Assembly (NCBI GenBank): GCA_963815215.1
Contig: CAWFFU010000012.1
Coordinates: 90,493 to 154,492, forward strand
Length of the DNA: 64,000 nt
Origin: an uncultured Trueperaceae bacterium
GTDB lineage: Bacteria; Deinococcota; Deinococci; Deinococcales; Trueperaceae
Direction: 5' to 3'
In this document: one piece after another, positions 9,601 through 18,600 of the stretch
Layout of the letters: each line of letters begins with the position of its first letter
Position numbering within the stretch: the first letter of the stretch is position 1
Position numbers and translations under genes: made by a program
The notes under the pieces: model-generated
Databases searched by the model: none
Seen by the model: the letters and a program-made list of their open reading frames with translations, nothing else
What the model was told of the DNA's origin: nothing

Positions 9601-11499
9601 TCGGGCGACGTCTTCGGCAACGGCATGCTGTATACCGACCGCATCCGACTCCAGGCCGCCTTCAACCACCTGCACATCTTCCTCGATCCCGACCCCGACC
9701 CGGCGGCGAGCTTCGCCGAGCGCAAGCGGCTGTTCGAGCTGCCGCGCTCCTCCTGGAGCGATTACGACGGGCAGCTCATCAGCGCCGGCGGCGGCATCTT
9801 CGAGCGCGGCGCCAAGAGCATCCCGCTGAGCCCCGAGGTCCGGCGCATGCTGGGCGTCGATGCCGCGGCGTTGAGCGGCCAGGATCTGGTGCGCGCCATC
9901 CTGTCCATGCCGGCCGACCTGCTGTGGAACGGTGGCATCGGCACCTACGTGCGCGCCAGCAGCGAGCGCGACGCCGACGTCGGCGACGCCACCAACGACC
10001 CGGTGCGCATCACCGCTCCGGAGCTGCGCTGCAGGGTGGTGGGGGAGGGTGGCAACCTGGGGCTGACGCAACTGGCGCGCATCGAGTACGCGCGCGGTGG
10101 AGGTCGCATCAACACCGACGCCATCGACAACTCCGCGGGCGTGGATACCTCCGACCATGAGGTCAACATCAAGATCCTGCTGCAGCCGCTGGTGGCGTCG
10201 GGCGAGCTCAATGCCAAGCAGCGCAACCGGCTGCTCAAGGACACGGAGGACGAGGTCGCGGGACTGGTGCTGCGCGATAACGACCAGCAGTCGCTGGCGC
10301 TCAGCCTGGCCGAGCGCCGCAGCGTCGAGGACCTCGCCCTCTTCGACTCGTTGCTGGAGGAGCTGACAGTGCGCGGCGGTCTCAACCCGCGGGTCGAGTT
10401 CCTGCCCACCCGGCGCCAGCTCCAGGAGCGCCAGCGCGCCGGAGAGGGCCTGGCGCGGCCCGAGCTCGCCGTCACCATGGCCTACGTCAAGATGGGGCTC
10501 TATCGGAAGCTCCTGGAGACCGCGCTCCCGGACGACTCCTGCTTCGAGCACTACCTCTTCGAGTACTTCCCGGGCGCCTTGCAGGAGCGCTTCGCCGACG
10601 GCATCCGCCGGCACACGCTGCGTCGCGAGATCACCGCCACGCAGTTCACCAACACGGTGGTCGATCTGCTTGGAGCGAGCTTCGTGCACCGGGCGGCGCG
10701 CGACAGCGGAGCCGGCGACATGGACGTCGTCAAGGCGGCCCTCATGGCGCTCGAGGTCCTCGACGCACGCGGCGTGGGGGAGAGGCTGGAGCGGCACCAG
10801 CCCCGTCTTCCCGCGGAGGCCCACTACGAGGCCCTGCACCATCTGGTGCACGCCGTTGAGGGCGTGGTGAGCTGGATGCTGTTCAACGACCTCACGCGCC
10901 GTAACGTTGGCGACTTCGTCGAGACCTACCGGGAGCCATTGCAGACACTTCGCAACGGGATCGAAGGCACCTTGCCGCCGGCCGAGCGGCGCCGCTTCAA
11001 GCGGCGCACCAAGCAGCTCGCCAAGCTCGGCTTCGGTGCCGAGTTGGGGGCCGAGATCGCCAGTCTCGACTATCTGCCGACCAGCGTGGGCATCATCGAG
11101 GTCAGCCGCCGGACCGAGATCGGCCTGGAAGAGGCCGCGACGCGCTTCTACGCCCTGGGCGAGCGTCTGGCGCTGGGATGGCTGCGCGATGGTCTGGGGC
11201 AGCTACCCGCCCAGGGGACCTGGGAGAAGATCGCGGCCGTCGGACTGGTGATGGACCTGCGCGAGGCCCAGCGGAAGCTCGCCACCGCCTTCATCGAGGC
11301 CCGCAAGCAGGAGGACGGGCTGTCGGCCGAGAGCTTCCTGGCTCGTCACCCGCATCTGCTCGAACGTTTCGACGAAGCGCTCGAGGAGTTGAAGCTGCCC
11401 GGAGCCCTGACCCTGGCCGGAGCCGCGGTGTTGGTGCGGCTGCTGGCGCAGGCGCAGCGGACGGGCGCCAACGGTGCGGCCGTGCGCGCCGCCGGCTGA
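6673..11499 (+). CDS. Large NAD-specific glutamate dehydrogenase (~1600 aa type)
   Basis: RGGKVARGGIRWSDR, KNAVIVPVGSKGGF, YLVVAADKGTATFSD, GDMSGDVFGNG and NTDAIDNSAGV motifs. Confidence 0.95.
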   Translation: MPATLEQVRNRIRRSGSQEGPLLTRFAEILFGKADDAFLDEFDSDSLFAMAVDGLHFLEGGLRDGPRVQVFNPRFDTDGWDAPYTVIRLLLYDRPFIVDSVRAELGRHGVELFHLLHPMVTPERDPSGAVVGVGVKGERERREAVEMYFVERLESEEKRADLAAAIRRVLQDVLLATGDYAAMRERALAMRAYVAGLRQKSAQGYHRDRGEELEEYGAFMEWLDDDNFVFLGYREYDITTVDGVRSLQVTPDSGLGILRKTETSAYEQAVAIADLPEGLRERVTGGRVFVVTKTNAESTVHRPARMDYIGIKKLSDSWQVLGEHRFLGLFTSKAHSTPVEHIPILRRKLRQVLELDDALPGSHDYKGIVAVFNTMPREELFWSDAEQLHRDIRTILGLEQERGVRVTLRPDPLSRGVGVMVIMPRESFNSEVRRTVQHFLARKLVADHVDYNLAMGEDQAQVRFHFFFTTSLRADEIDLKGLEREVADLARSWRDELRERLVSAHGAREGRRLAERYSEAFDQRYTADTGAALALRDIANLERLGGDTVLADVLNPPEERGEDAASLVRIYHQGHGMALSDVLPVLENVGFRVIEQVPYMFTLEGGQRGIEVFRVRDAEGRALDVRRHRQRLVDALESLLLGRAENDRLNRLVLKAGLTVRQVALLRTYQMDFAQLNAVTSRRFVNDTLLAHPSVAADLVTFFEARFDPARADGRDERMEQARQAVLTGLAEVRSLPEDRSLRGLLDLMEATVRTNYFLDKDYIAFKLASGQVASMPDPRPLYEIAVAGLGVEGVHLRGGKVARGGIRWSDRPDDFRTEILGLMKTQMTKNAVIVPVGSKGGFVLKRAPLGRDALRAYVREQYQVFIRGLLDLTDNRVDDRVVHPEGLVIYDEDDPYLVVAADKGTATFSDLANETAAEYGYWLGDAFASGGSHGYDHKVIGITARGAWECVARHFDELGLDVFEDAFSVVGIGDMSGDVFGNGMLYTDRIRLQAAFNHLHIFLDPDPDPAASFAERKRLFELPRSSWSDYDGQLISAGGGIFERGAKSIPLSPEVRRMLGVDAAALSGQDLVRAILSMPADLLWNGGIGTYVRASSERDADVGDATNDPVRITAPELRCRVVGEGGNLGLTQLARIEYARGGGRINTDAIDNSAGVDTSDHEVNIKILLQPLVASGELNAKQRNRLLKDTEDEVAGLVLRDNDQQSLALSLAERRSVEDLALFDSLLEELTVRGGLNPRVEFLPTRRQLQERQRAGEGLARPELAVTMAYVKMGLYRKLLETALPDDSCFEHYLFEYFPGALQERFADGIRRHTLRREITATQFTNTVVDLLGASFVHRAARDSGAGDMDVVKAALMALEVLDARGVGERLERHQPRLPAEAHYEALHHLVHAVEGVVSWMLFNDLTRRNVGDFVETYREPLQTLRNGIEGTLPPAERRRFKRRTKQLAKLGFGAELGAEIASLDYLPTSVGIIEVSRRTEIGLEEAATRFYALGERLALGWLRDGLGQLPAQGTWEKIAAVGLVMDLREAQRKLATAFIEARKQEDGLSAESFLARHPHLLERFDEALEELKLPGALTLAGAAVLVRLLAQAQRTGANGAAVRAAG

Positions 11500-11525
11500 G
11501 CGCGCCGGTTGAGCGGCGCGGCGCG

Positions 11526-12647
11526 TCAGGTCGAGCGCACGTACGCCCGCAGGAGCGCGTCGAGACGGGCGAGGCCGTCGTCGGTAGCGCGCAGCTGGCT
11601 GCCGTCGAGGGTGAGCAGGCGGTGGCGCAGGGCTTCGTCGAGCCAACGTGGCGCGGTGGTCTCGGGTCCCAGCCCGGTGACGGCGCGCAAGTTGGCGAGG
11701 TCGACGCCCTCGCGGGTGCGCAGGCCGGTCAGCAGGCGCTCGAGTACCACGCCCTCGGCGTCGAGCACGTCGCGCTCGGGGGGCGCTCCTTCGAGCCAGG
11801 CGCGGATCGGCGGGTTGCGCAGGCGGGTGCCGTAGGCCCCGCCCTCCGGCAGGTAGGAGGAGGCGGAGGGGCCGAGTCCGAGGTAGAAGCCTCCGCGCCA
11901 CGCCGCCAGGTTGTGGCGCGCCTCCTCGCCCGGGCGCGCGTAGTTCGACACCTCGTAGCGTCGTAGGCCGTAGGCCGCCAGCAGCGGGGCGGTGGCCTCG
12001 AAGTCGTCGGCCTCGCGTTCCGGGTCGACGCGTACGCCGCGACGGGCGAACGGTGTGTTCGGCTCGATCGTGAGCGAGTAGACGCTCATATGGCCGACCC
12101 CCGTGTCCGCGACGCGCCGCAGGTCGAGCGCGGCGTCCTGGCCCGGCACCGCGGTGATCACGTCGGCGTTGACGCGCAGGCCCGCCTCGAGCGCCCACGC
12201 CACCGCCTGCAGACCCTGCTTCCCGTCGTGGACGCGGCCGAGGAAGCGCAGCACGGCGTCCTGCGTCGACTGCAGGCCGATCGACAGCCGGTCGAAGCCG
12301 AACTCCCGGAAGCGTCGCAACCGCTCGGGCGTGAACGTCAGCGGATCGGCCTCGAGGGTCGTCTCGAGCTGGGCAGGCAAGCCGAAGGTGCGCTGCAGGA
12401 GGGACGCGACCTGGGACAGCTCGTCGTCGGTGAGGTGCGACGGGGTGCCGCCTCCGAAGTAGAGGGTGTCGAGCGGTCCGGGGTAGCGCTCGGCCAGGTC
12501 GTGGGCTTCGCGTTCGAGTCTGTCGAGGTAGCGCGCCACAAGTCCGTCGTTCCGGAGCATCTTGTGGAAGTCGCAGTAGGGACAGACGCTGGGGCAGAAG
12601 GGGACGTGCAGGTAGATCGAGCGCACCACCAGGCAAGGGTAGTCCAC
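11526..12647 (-). CDS. hemW: Radical SAM heme chaperone HemW (HemN-like)
   Basis: YLHVPFCPSVCPYCDF (CxxxCxxC), YFGGGTPS, YEVSNY, HNLAAW, YLGLGPSA. Confidence 0.88.
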   Translation of the reverse strand: MDYPCLVVRSIYLHVPFCPSVCPYCDFHKMLRNDGLVARYLDRLEREAHDLAERYPGPLDTLYFGGGTPSHLTDDELSQVASLLQRTFGLPAQLETTLEADPLTFTPERLRRFREFGFDRLSIGLQSTQDAVLRFLGRVHDGKQGLQAVAWALEAGLRVNADVITAVPGQDAALDLRRVADTGVGHMSVYSLTIEPNTPFARRGVRVDPEREADDFEATAPLLAAYGLRRYEVSNYARPGEEARHNLAAWRGGFYLGLGPSASSYLPEGGAYGTRLRNPPIRAWLEGAPPERDVLDAEGVVLERLLTGLRTREGVDLANLRAVTGLGPETTAPRWLDEALRHRLLTLDGSQLRATDDGLARLDALLRAYVRST

Positions 12648-12805
12648 GGACGGGGCATGCAGGGTGGCGCCATCTTGCGCGTTGCACCATGAGCGAGCTC
12701 GTGGCTGTGGAGTGAGAAAGCCCCGGCAGCCCGGGACGTTTGTCCTATGCGTCTGGGATGTCCGCGCAGCCTCATCCGTCGCTCACATGAAGGAGACCGA
12801 ATTCC

Positions 12806-14364
12806 ATGAAGCGAATGTTCCTCGGTGCTGGCTGCGCTCGTGCTCACGGTGCTCCTGGCCGTCGTGCAGCCAGCAGGCCAGCCTGTCGGTGGCGCTCGGT
12901 AGCGCCAGTGGTTCGGTGGTGCGCGGTGACCAGGTGAGCGTGCCGGTCACGGTGAGCAACGCCTCCGGGAGCGTGACGCTGTCGGTTAGCGGCGCGCCCG
13001 CCGGTGTGACGGCGAGTCTGGCGAGCACCACGTTGAGCGGTGGGGCGACGTCGACGACGCTGGACGTGCAGGTCTCGGCGGCGGTTGCCGAGGGCGCCAC
13101 GACGTTGACGGTCGATGCCACGGAAGGCAGCAACGCGGCGTCCGCGACCTACGATGTGACGATCACCAGCCTGTCGGTGCACGGGAAGGTCGTGGGCCTG
13201 CTCGACATCCCCGTGGCGGGAGCGGTCGTGTCGATCCAGGGGACCAACGCCTTCACGGCTTCGGACGGTAGCTTCACGGTCGGCGGGGTCGCCGTTCCCT
13301 ACGATCTCGCCGTCATCCAGCACGGCACGACCCCCTCGACGGGCTACGCGCACGTGTTCCAGGGGCTCACGACCTCCAATCCGACGGTCCTGCCCGTGTC
13401 CGTGCTCAGCGGCACGGGAACCCCTCAGAGCGCCACGATCACCGGAACGCTCGGATCGGCCGTGGCGACGGGCTACACGGCAAAGGTTGCGTGCAAGCGG
13501 TGTCTCGGTGGTGGTGTTCGGTTGCGCGACCGTGCCTGCCGGCGGCACCAGCTTCTCGCTCCCGGCGGCCTGGGGGTCAGGGCCGACCGTTGTCGCGACG
13601 GTCCGGGTGCTCGAGGTGCAGACCGATGCCAGCGGGGTCGCGACCGGCTACGGCAGGTACGGCACGGCCAGCGTCACCCTGTCCAACGGCGGCAGCACGC
13701 CGGTCACCGTGAACCTGGGCAGCGGGGCCCGCGCCAGCGACGTTGTCGGCGAACGTCACCGTCCCTTCCGGCTACTCGCTCAACAGCATCTCCGTGAGCG
13801 CCTCGCTCGATGCGATGAGCAGCCTCTCGCTGTTCGGCAACGACCTCGGTGTCCAGTTTCAGCGGGGTGGTCCCGCAGCTCGCGGGGGCCAGCTACGCCG
13901 TCGTCGCGAATGCCTATTCCTCCGGCACGGGCGGCGCGTCGATCGCCTGGAAGACGGGGCTCGCGGGTGGCGATAGTGCCACGCTGGGCCTCCTCGCGCC
14001 GCCGGCACTGATTGCGCCGGCCGACGGGGCCACCGGCGTAGGCGTCGGCTCGACGCTGAGCGTAGCGGCGTCGGGGGGCGGAGCGGTCACCTTCTTGGTG
14101 CAGCGGTCTGGACAGGAGTTCGCGGTCACGACCATGAGCACGAGCGCGACCATCCCGGACCTCAGCGCACTGGGATTCACGCTCGCCGCCGCCACCAACT
14201 ACACTGGGAGGTGATCCTCGACTACGGCCACCACGGCCGACGACGCGGCCGACGGTTGGATCAGCGGCTACCTCGATGCGCTTATCGCGGCAAGCGGCGG
14301 CCCGGCGCCGACTGCCGACGGCGCGATCGTGTCGACGGCGACGAGGGGTTTCACGACGCCCTGA
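12806..14364 (+). pseudogene. Frameshifted paralog of the adjacent Ser/Thr-rich lipoprotein (pseudogene or sequencing/assembly error)
   Basis: AGGAG RBS and ATG at 12806 (MKRMFLGA...). Fragments in different frames align collinearly with 14639-16213 through to ...RGFTTP-TGA at 14364, with several single-base indels. Confidence 0.8.
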
Positions 14365-14396
14365 GGACGGTGCGCGCGACGCTCATCACGCGTCCG

Positions 14397-14424
14397 GCGG
14401 GGGCGGCCTTCGGGCCGCCCCCGC
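14397..14424 (+). terminator. Stem-loop after lipoprotein copy 1
   Basis: Perfect 12-bp stem GCGGGGGCGGCC-TTCG-GGCCGCCCCCGC; no U-tract. Confidence 0.6.
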
Positions 14425-14638
14425 TGCATCGTTGGCGGACCCGGAGAGCCGGTGGATGTGCGTCACGACGCCGGAGCGCGAGCCCAGGGATCGCGGGACG
14501 GCGCACGAGGTCGCGCCGAGGTGTCATGAGCTTCGCGTGGGTTTGCTGTGAGAAACGTCATGGGGCGCCGGGACAGATGTCCCTATGGTCGAGAAGGGAC
14601 CGAATGTCCGCTCCGCTCTACGATCAGGAGGACCCGCC

Positions 14639-16213
14639 ATGAAGAGACTGCTCTTCGGCGCCAGCGCGCTTGCGCTGGCCCTGCTGCTGGCGTCGTGCAG
14701 CCAGCAAGCAAGCCTTTCCGTTCAGCTCGGTAGCACGACCGGATCGGTCGTGCGCGGCGACCAGGTGAGCGTACCGGTCACCGTGAGCAACGCCTCCGGG
14801 TCGGTGAGCCTGTCGGTCACAGGTGCTCCAGCCGGGGTGACGGCGACGCTGGCGAGCTCCACGCTGAGCGGCGGGGCCACCTCGACCACCCTGGACGTGC
14901 AGGTCTCGGCCGCCGCCGCCGACGGTAGTGCGACCCTGACGCTCAACGCCGTGGAGGGCAGCAATGCCGCCTCCGCCACGTTCGACCTGACGATCACCAG
15001 CCTGTCGGTGAGCGGAGCGGTGGTCGACGCGCTCGGGAGCGGCATGGCGGGCGCCACGGTCGCCATCCAGGGCACCACGGCGACGACGGATGCCAACGGC
15101 GCCTTCACGATCGGGGGGGTCGCGGTCCCCTACGACCTCATCGTGAAGCAGACGTCCGGAAGTACTCCCGTAGCACAGGTGTTCGAGGGCCTGACGAGCG
15201 CGTCGCCGACGGTCAATACCTTTGTCGGGGCCCTTGGCATGAGCGCACCGCCGTTGTCGGCCACCATCAGCGGGAACCTTTCCGCGGCCGTCGCGACCGG
15301 TTTCACCGCTGTGGTCTGTGTACAGTCCACGACGACCTGGGTGCAGGGGTGCACGAGCGTCGGCGCTGGCTCGAGCGGCTATTCCTTCACCCCACGCTGG
15401 GTGACGGGGGCGAGCGTTCCGGTGACGGTCCACGCCCTCGAGGTGGCGACGGACAGCAACGCCATGGCGACCGGCTACGGCCGGTACGGGACCGCAACGG
15501 GCACCGTGTCCAACGGCGGGACGCCCACGATCGACGTGACGTGGGGGAGCACGCCGAGCACCGGGACCATCGCGACGAGCGTGAACGTTCCGGCCGGCTT
15601 CCAGCTCGAGGACGTCTACGGCGCTGCCGGCCTCGCCTCCTCGACGACCCTCCCGCTGTTCTCCGCCTTCAACGGCTCCGGTCTTCCGAGTAGTTTCAAC
15701 GCCGTCGTCCCGCAGATCTCGAGCTCGGGTTTCACGCTGGCGGTCACGGCCTACCCCGGGACCACGGGTTCGGCGATCACCATCGGTTGGAAGAGCGGCC
15801 TGATGGCCGGGAGCAGCGCCACGCTCGATCTGCCGGCGCCGCCGACGCTGACCGCGCCGGCCGACGGGGCGACCGGCGTGGGGGTCGGGTCTACCCTCAG
15901 CCTGTCGGGTACGGGTGGTGGAGCCGCCACCTTCCTCATCTCCAATCCGAGCCTCGCGATCATCGTGACCACGACGAACGCCAGCATCACCATCCCCGAT
16001 CTGACCTCGGTGGGAATGGCACTGAGCTCGGGCGGCAGCTACTCCTGGGGAGCGATCATCACTCCCTCCGCGTCCACGCCGGAGGACGCAGCCGCGCACT
16101 GGATCGACGAGTACTTCCGGTCCTTCAATGCAGTCCAGAACGGCGGTACCCTCTCGAGCCAGACGAGCGGCGCCATCATGCAAACCGATAGCCGGGGCTT
16201 CACGGCACCCTGA
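14639..16213 (+). CDS. Ser/Thr/Gly-rich surface lipoprotein with Ig-like and carboxypeptidase-regulatory-like beta-sandwich domains
   Basis: AGGAGG RBS; lipobox LLAS-C (MKRLLFGASALALALLLASC); VSGAVVD..G..AGATV....TTDANGAF motif. Confidence 0.8.
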   Translation: MKRLLFGASALALALLLASCSQQASLSVQLGSTTGSVVRGDQVSVPVTVSNASGSVSLSVTGAPAGVTATLASSTLSGGATSTTLDVQVSAAAADGSATLTLNAVEGSNAASATFDLTITSLSVSGAVVDALGSGMAGATVAIQGTTATTDANGAFTIGGVAVPYDLIVKQTSGSTPVAQVFEGLTSASPTVNTFVGALGMSAPPLSATISGNLSAAVATGFTAVVCVQSTTTWVQGCTSVGAGSSGYSFTPRWVTGASVPVTVHALEVATDSNAMATGYGRYGTATGTVSNGGTPTIDVTWGSTPSTGTIATSVNVPAGFQLEDVYGAAGLASSTTLPLFSAFNGSGLPSSFNAVVPQISSSGFTLAVTAYPGTTGSAITIGWKSGLMAGSSATLDLPAPPTLTAPADGATGVGVGSTLSLSGTGGGAATFLISNPSLAIIVTTTNASITIPDLTSVGMALSSGGSYSWGAIITPSASTPEDAAAHWIDEYFRSFNAVQNGGTLSSQTSGAIMQTDSRGFTAP

Positions 16214-16251
16214 GGTAGGGACGGTCGACGACAACTCGCTCGGAGCGCGCC

Positions 16252-16275
16252 GGGGGCGGCCCCTAGGCCGCTCCC
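16252..16275. terminator. Stem-loop between convergent genes
   Basis: GGGGGCGGCC-CCTA-GGCCGCTCCC; same left arm as the 14397 hairpin. Confidence 0.5.
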
Positions 16276-16307
16276 GACGCGTCGGTCGACGTGCGTGGGC
16301 TTCTTCG

Positions 16308-17660
16308 TCAGTTCTTCGGCAGGCCCTTGAGCTGGTCGGCCAGGATCTCGTTGGCCGTGGCGTTGGCGGTCTTCAGGGTGTCGGCGACCGGCGCGCCGTC
16401 CATGATGGCGGCCATGTCGCTGGCGACCTCGTCGCGCACGAAGTCGTAGCCGGGCACCGGCGGCTCGGCGATGCCGTAGGGCAACAGGTCGAAGGCCGTC
16501 TTGTAGGCCGGGTGGGCGTCGAAGTAGTCGGTGAGCTCGTTGGCCACGCTCTTGCGCACCGGGAAGTACTCGCTCGCCTTGGCCCACTGAGCCTGCACCG
16601 TGGGGCTGGTGTAGTACTTGATGAAGATCCAGGACGCCAGGTTGGCCTCCTTGGAGTGGCCGGTGGGGATGCTGACGCTGGCGCCGTAGATGTTCATGAC
16701 CGGGTCGGGCGTGGTGTGGGGGATGGCGGCGACGCTCCAGTCGAACTTGGCTCCCTCGTCGACGGCACTCTTGTAGAAGGGCAACCCCGAGGAGGAGCCG
16801 ATGGTGAACAGCGTGCGGCCCGCGCCGAAGTCGGTCTGGTCCCCGTAGTTCTCGGTGACGATGGTCGCGCACTTCTCGTCGAACAGGCCCTGCAGGAACG
16901 TCATCGCCTGGTTCGCTGCCTCGGAGTCGTAGGTGAAGCGGTTGGCGGCGTCATCGAAGATGTTGCCGCCGAAGGCGAACGTCCAACTCGCGAAGCGGCT
17001 GGCGTCGATGGACAGCTCGTAGCCGATGGCGCCGCTGGTGGTGGCTTTGCCATAGGGGTTCTTCGTGGCGGCGCAGGCGGCCTGCTGGAACTGCTGCGGG
17101 GTGACGGGAGGCCCGTCGAAATCGATCTTGCCGGCCGCGCGCAGCTCCTTCAGCCAGTCGATGTTGTAGTACAGGACCTCCATCGAGCGGTTGGGCGGGA
17201 AGCCATAACGCGCGCCGCCGAAGCTGGGGAAGACGTCGGCATTGAAGAAGCCCGGGAAGAAGTCGGCCTTGTCGGCGGCGCTGATGCCCCACTTGGGCGA
17301 GTCCACCAACGGCCGCATGTCGGTGACGCCGTTGCCGAGCGCGTACGTAGCCGACTGGTTCTGGTAGGCGACGACGATGTTGGGGGCGTCAGCGGTATCG
17401 AGAACGGGTAGCATCTTGCGGAAGATGTCGTTGTAGCCGCCCTGGTACTCGGCCTTGACGGTGATGTGGTACGGGTTCGAGCTGTTGAACGCCGCGACGA
17501 TCTGCTGCAGTGCGGTCTCGCGATCCAGCGTGTGCTGGTGCCAGAAGGTGATGGTCTGGCCGCTAGGGTCGACGTTCTCGTAGTCGCCCTGGGCGGACGC
17601 CGTGGCCAGCGTCGCGAACAGCAACGCGGCCCCCAATAGGACGAGCGGACCTCGCTTCAT
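16308..17660 (-). CDS. ABC transporter substrate-binding protein, family 1 (UgpB-like)
   Basis: Signal peptide ending ASA-Q; ITFWH, YQGGYND, PPNRSMEVLYYN and YFPVRKS motifs. Confidence 0.88.
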   Translation of the reverse strand: MKRGPLVLLGAALLFATLATASAQGDYENVDPSGQTITFWHQHTLDRETALQQIVAAFNSSNPYHITVKAEYQGGYNDIFRKMLPVLDTADAPNIVVAYQNQSATYALGNGVTDMRPLVDSPKWGISAADKADFFPGFFNADVFPSFGGARYGFPPNRSMEVLYYNIDWLKELRAAGKIDFDGPPVTPQQFQQAACAATKNPYGKATTSGAIGYELSIDASRFASWTFAFGGNIFDDAANRFTYDSEAANQAMTFLQGLFDEKCATIVTENYGDQTDFGAGRTLFTIGSSSGLPFYKSAVDEGAKFDWSVAAIPHTTPDPVMNIYGASVSIPTGHSKEANLASWIFIKYYTSPTVQAQWAKASEYFPVRKSVANELTDYFDAHPAYKTAFDLLPYGIAEPPVPGYDFVRDEVASDMAAIMDGAPVADTLKTANATANEILADQLKGLPKN

Positions 17661-17691
17661 ATGTACTCCCTTCCCTCCTGAGGAATGGCGA

Positions 17692-18600
17692 TCATCCCTT
17701 CAGCCCCGAGGTGGCGATCCCCTCGGTGAACTGACGCTGGGTGAAGAAGTAGACCACCATGACGGGCAGGATGGTGATCACCGCGCCCGCCATGAGGTAG
17801 TGCGTCTGCGGACCCGCCTCGGTGATGAAGGTGTACAGCCCCACGCCGAGCGGGCGCCAGGTGGGCGTGGTCGTGACCAGCAGCGGCCATAGGAACTCGT
17901 TCCAGGTACGGACGAAGGTGAGCAGGGCGGCGGTCATCATGACCGGGCGGCTCATCGGCACCACCACCGCGGTCAGGAAGCGAAGGTGCCCGGCGCCGTC
18001 GATGCGCGCGGCGTCCCACAGCTCGTCGGGGATGCCCTGGAAGAACTGCCGGAACAGGAAGATGATGAACGCCGTCGACAGGAACGGCACCGTCAACGCC
18101 GGCAGCTTGTTGATCCAGGAGCCCCAGGGGATGATGTCGCCCCGGATCAGCAGGAAGTTGGGGATGAAGGTGACCGTGCTGGGGATCATCAGGGTGGTGA
18201 GCAGCACCATGAAGATGATCTCCCGCCCCGGGAAGCGGATCTTGGCGAAGGCGTAGCCCGCCAGCGTACAGGTGACCAGCACCCCCAGGATCACGATGGC
18301 GCTGATGACGACGCTGTTGCGGAAGTACAGCGCGAAATCGGCCTCGGTCCAAGCCCGCTGATAGTTGATCCACTGAGGATGGGCGGGCACCAGGCGCCGG
18401 TTGATGGTCTCGCCGAGTGTCATCAGCGAGGTCGAGGCCATGTAGAAGAACGGCGTGAACGAGACCAGCGCGCCCACCAGCAGCAGGAAATAGACGGGTA
18501 GTTGAGAGAGCCTGAACTCGAAGGGCTCGCTGCCGGCGCGGGCCGCCCGGGCGCCGGCCCCGCGCGCGGAGCGGACGGCGTCGGACGGGAGGCTAGCCAC
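17692..18600 (-). CDS. Carbohydrate ABC transporter permease (UgpE/MalG type)
   Basis: ELWDAARIDGA, WNEFLWPL and QRQFTEGIATSGLKG motifs. Confidence 0.9.
   Translation of the reverse strand: MASLPSDAVRSARGAGARAARAGSEPFEFRLSQLPVYFLLLVGALVSFTPFFYMASTSLMTLGETINRRLVPAHPQWINYQRAWTEADFALYFRNSVVISAIVILGVLVTCTLAGYAFAKIRFPGREIIFMVLLTTLMIPSTVTFIPNFLLIRGDIIPWGSWINKLPALTVPFLSTAFIIFLFRQFFQGIPDELWDAARIDGAGHLRFLTAVVVPMSRPVMMTAALLTFVRTWNEFLWPLLVTTTPTWRPLGVGLYTFITEAGPQTHYLMAGAVITILPVMVVYFFTQRQFTEGIATSGLKG

Noticed and set aside
12664..13797. 377-aa ORF as an intact gene
   Set aside because: It is one frame fragment of the frameshifted lipoprotein paralog; the real start is at 12806.
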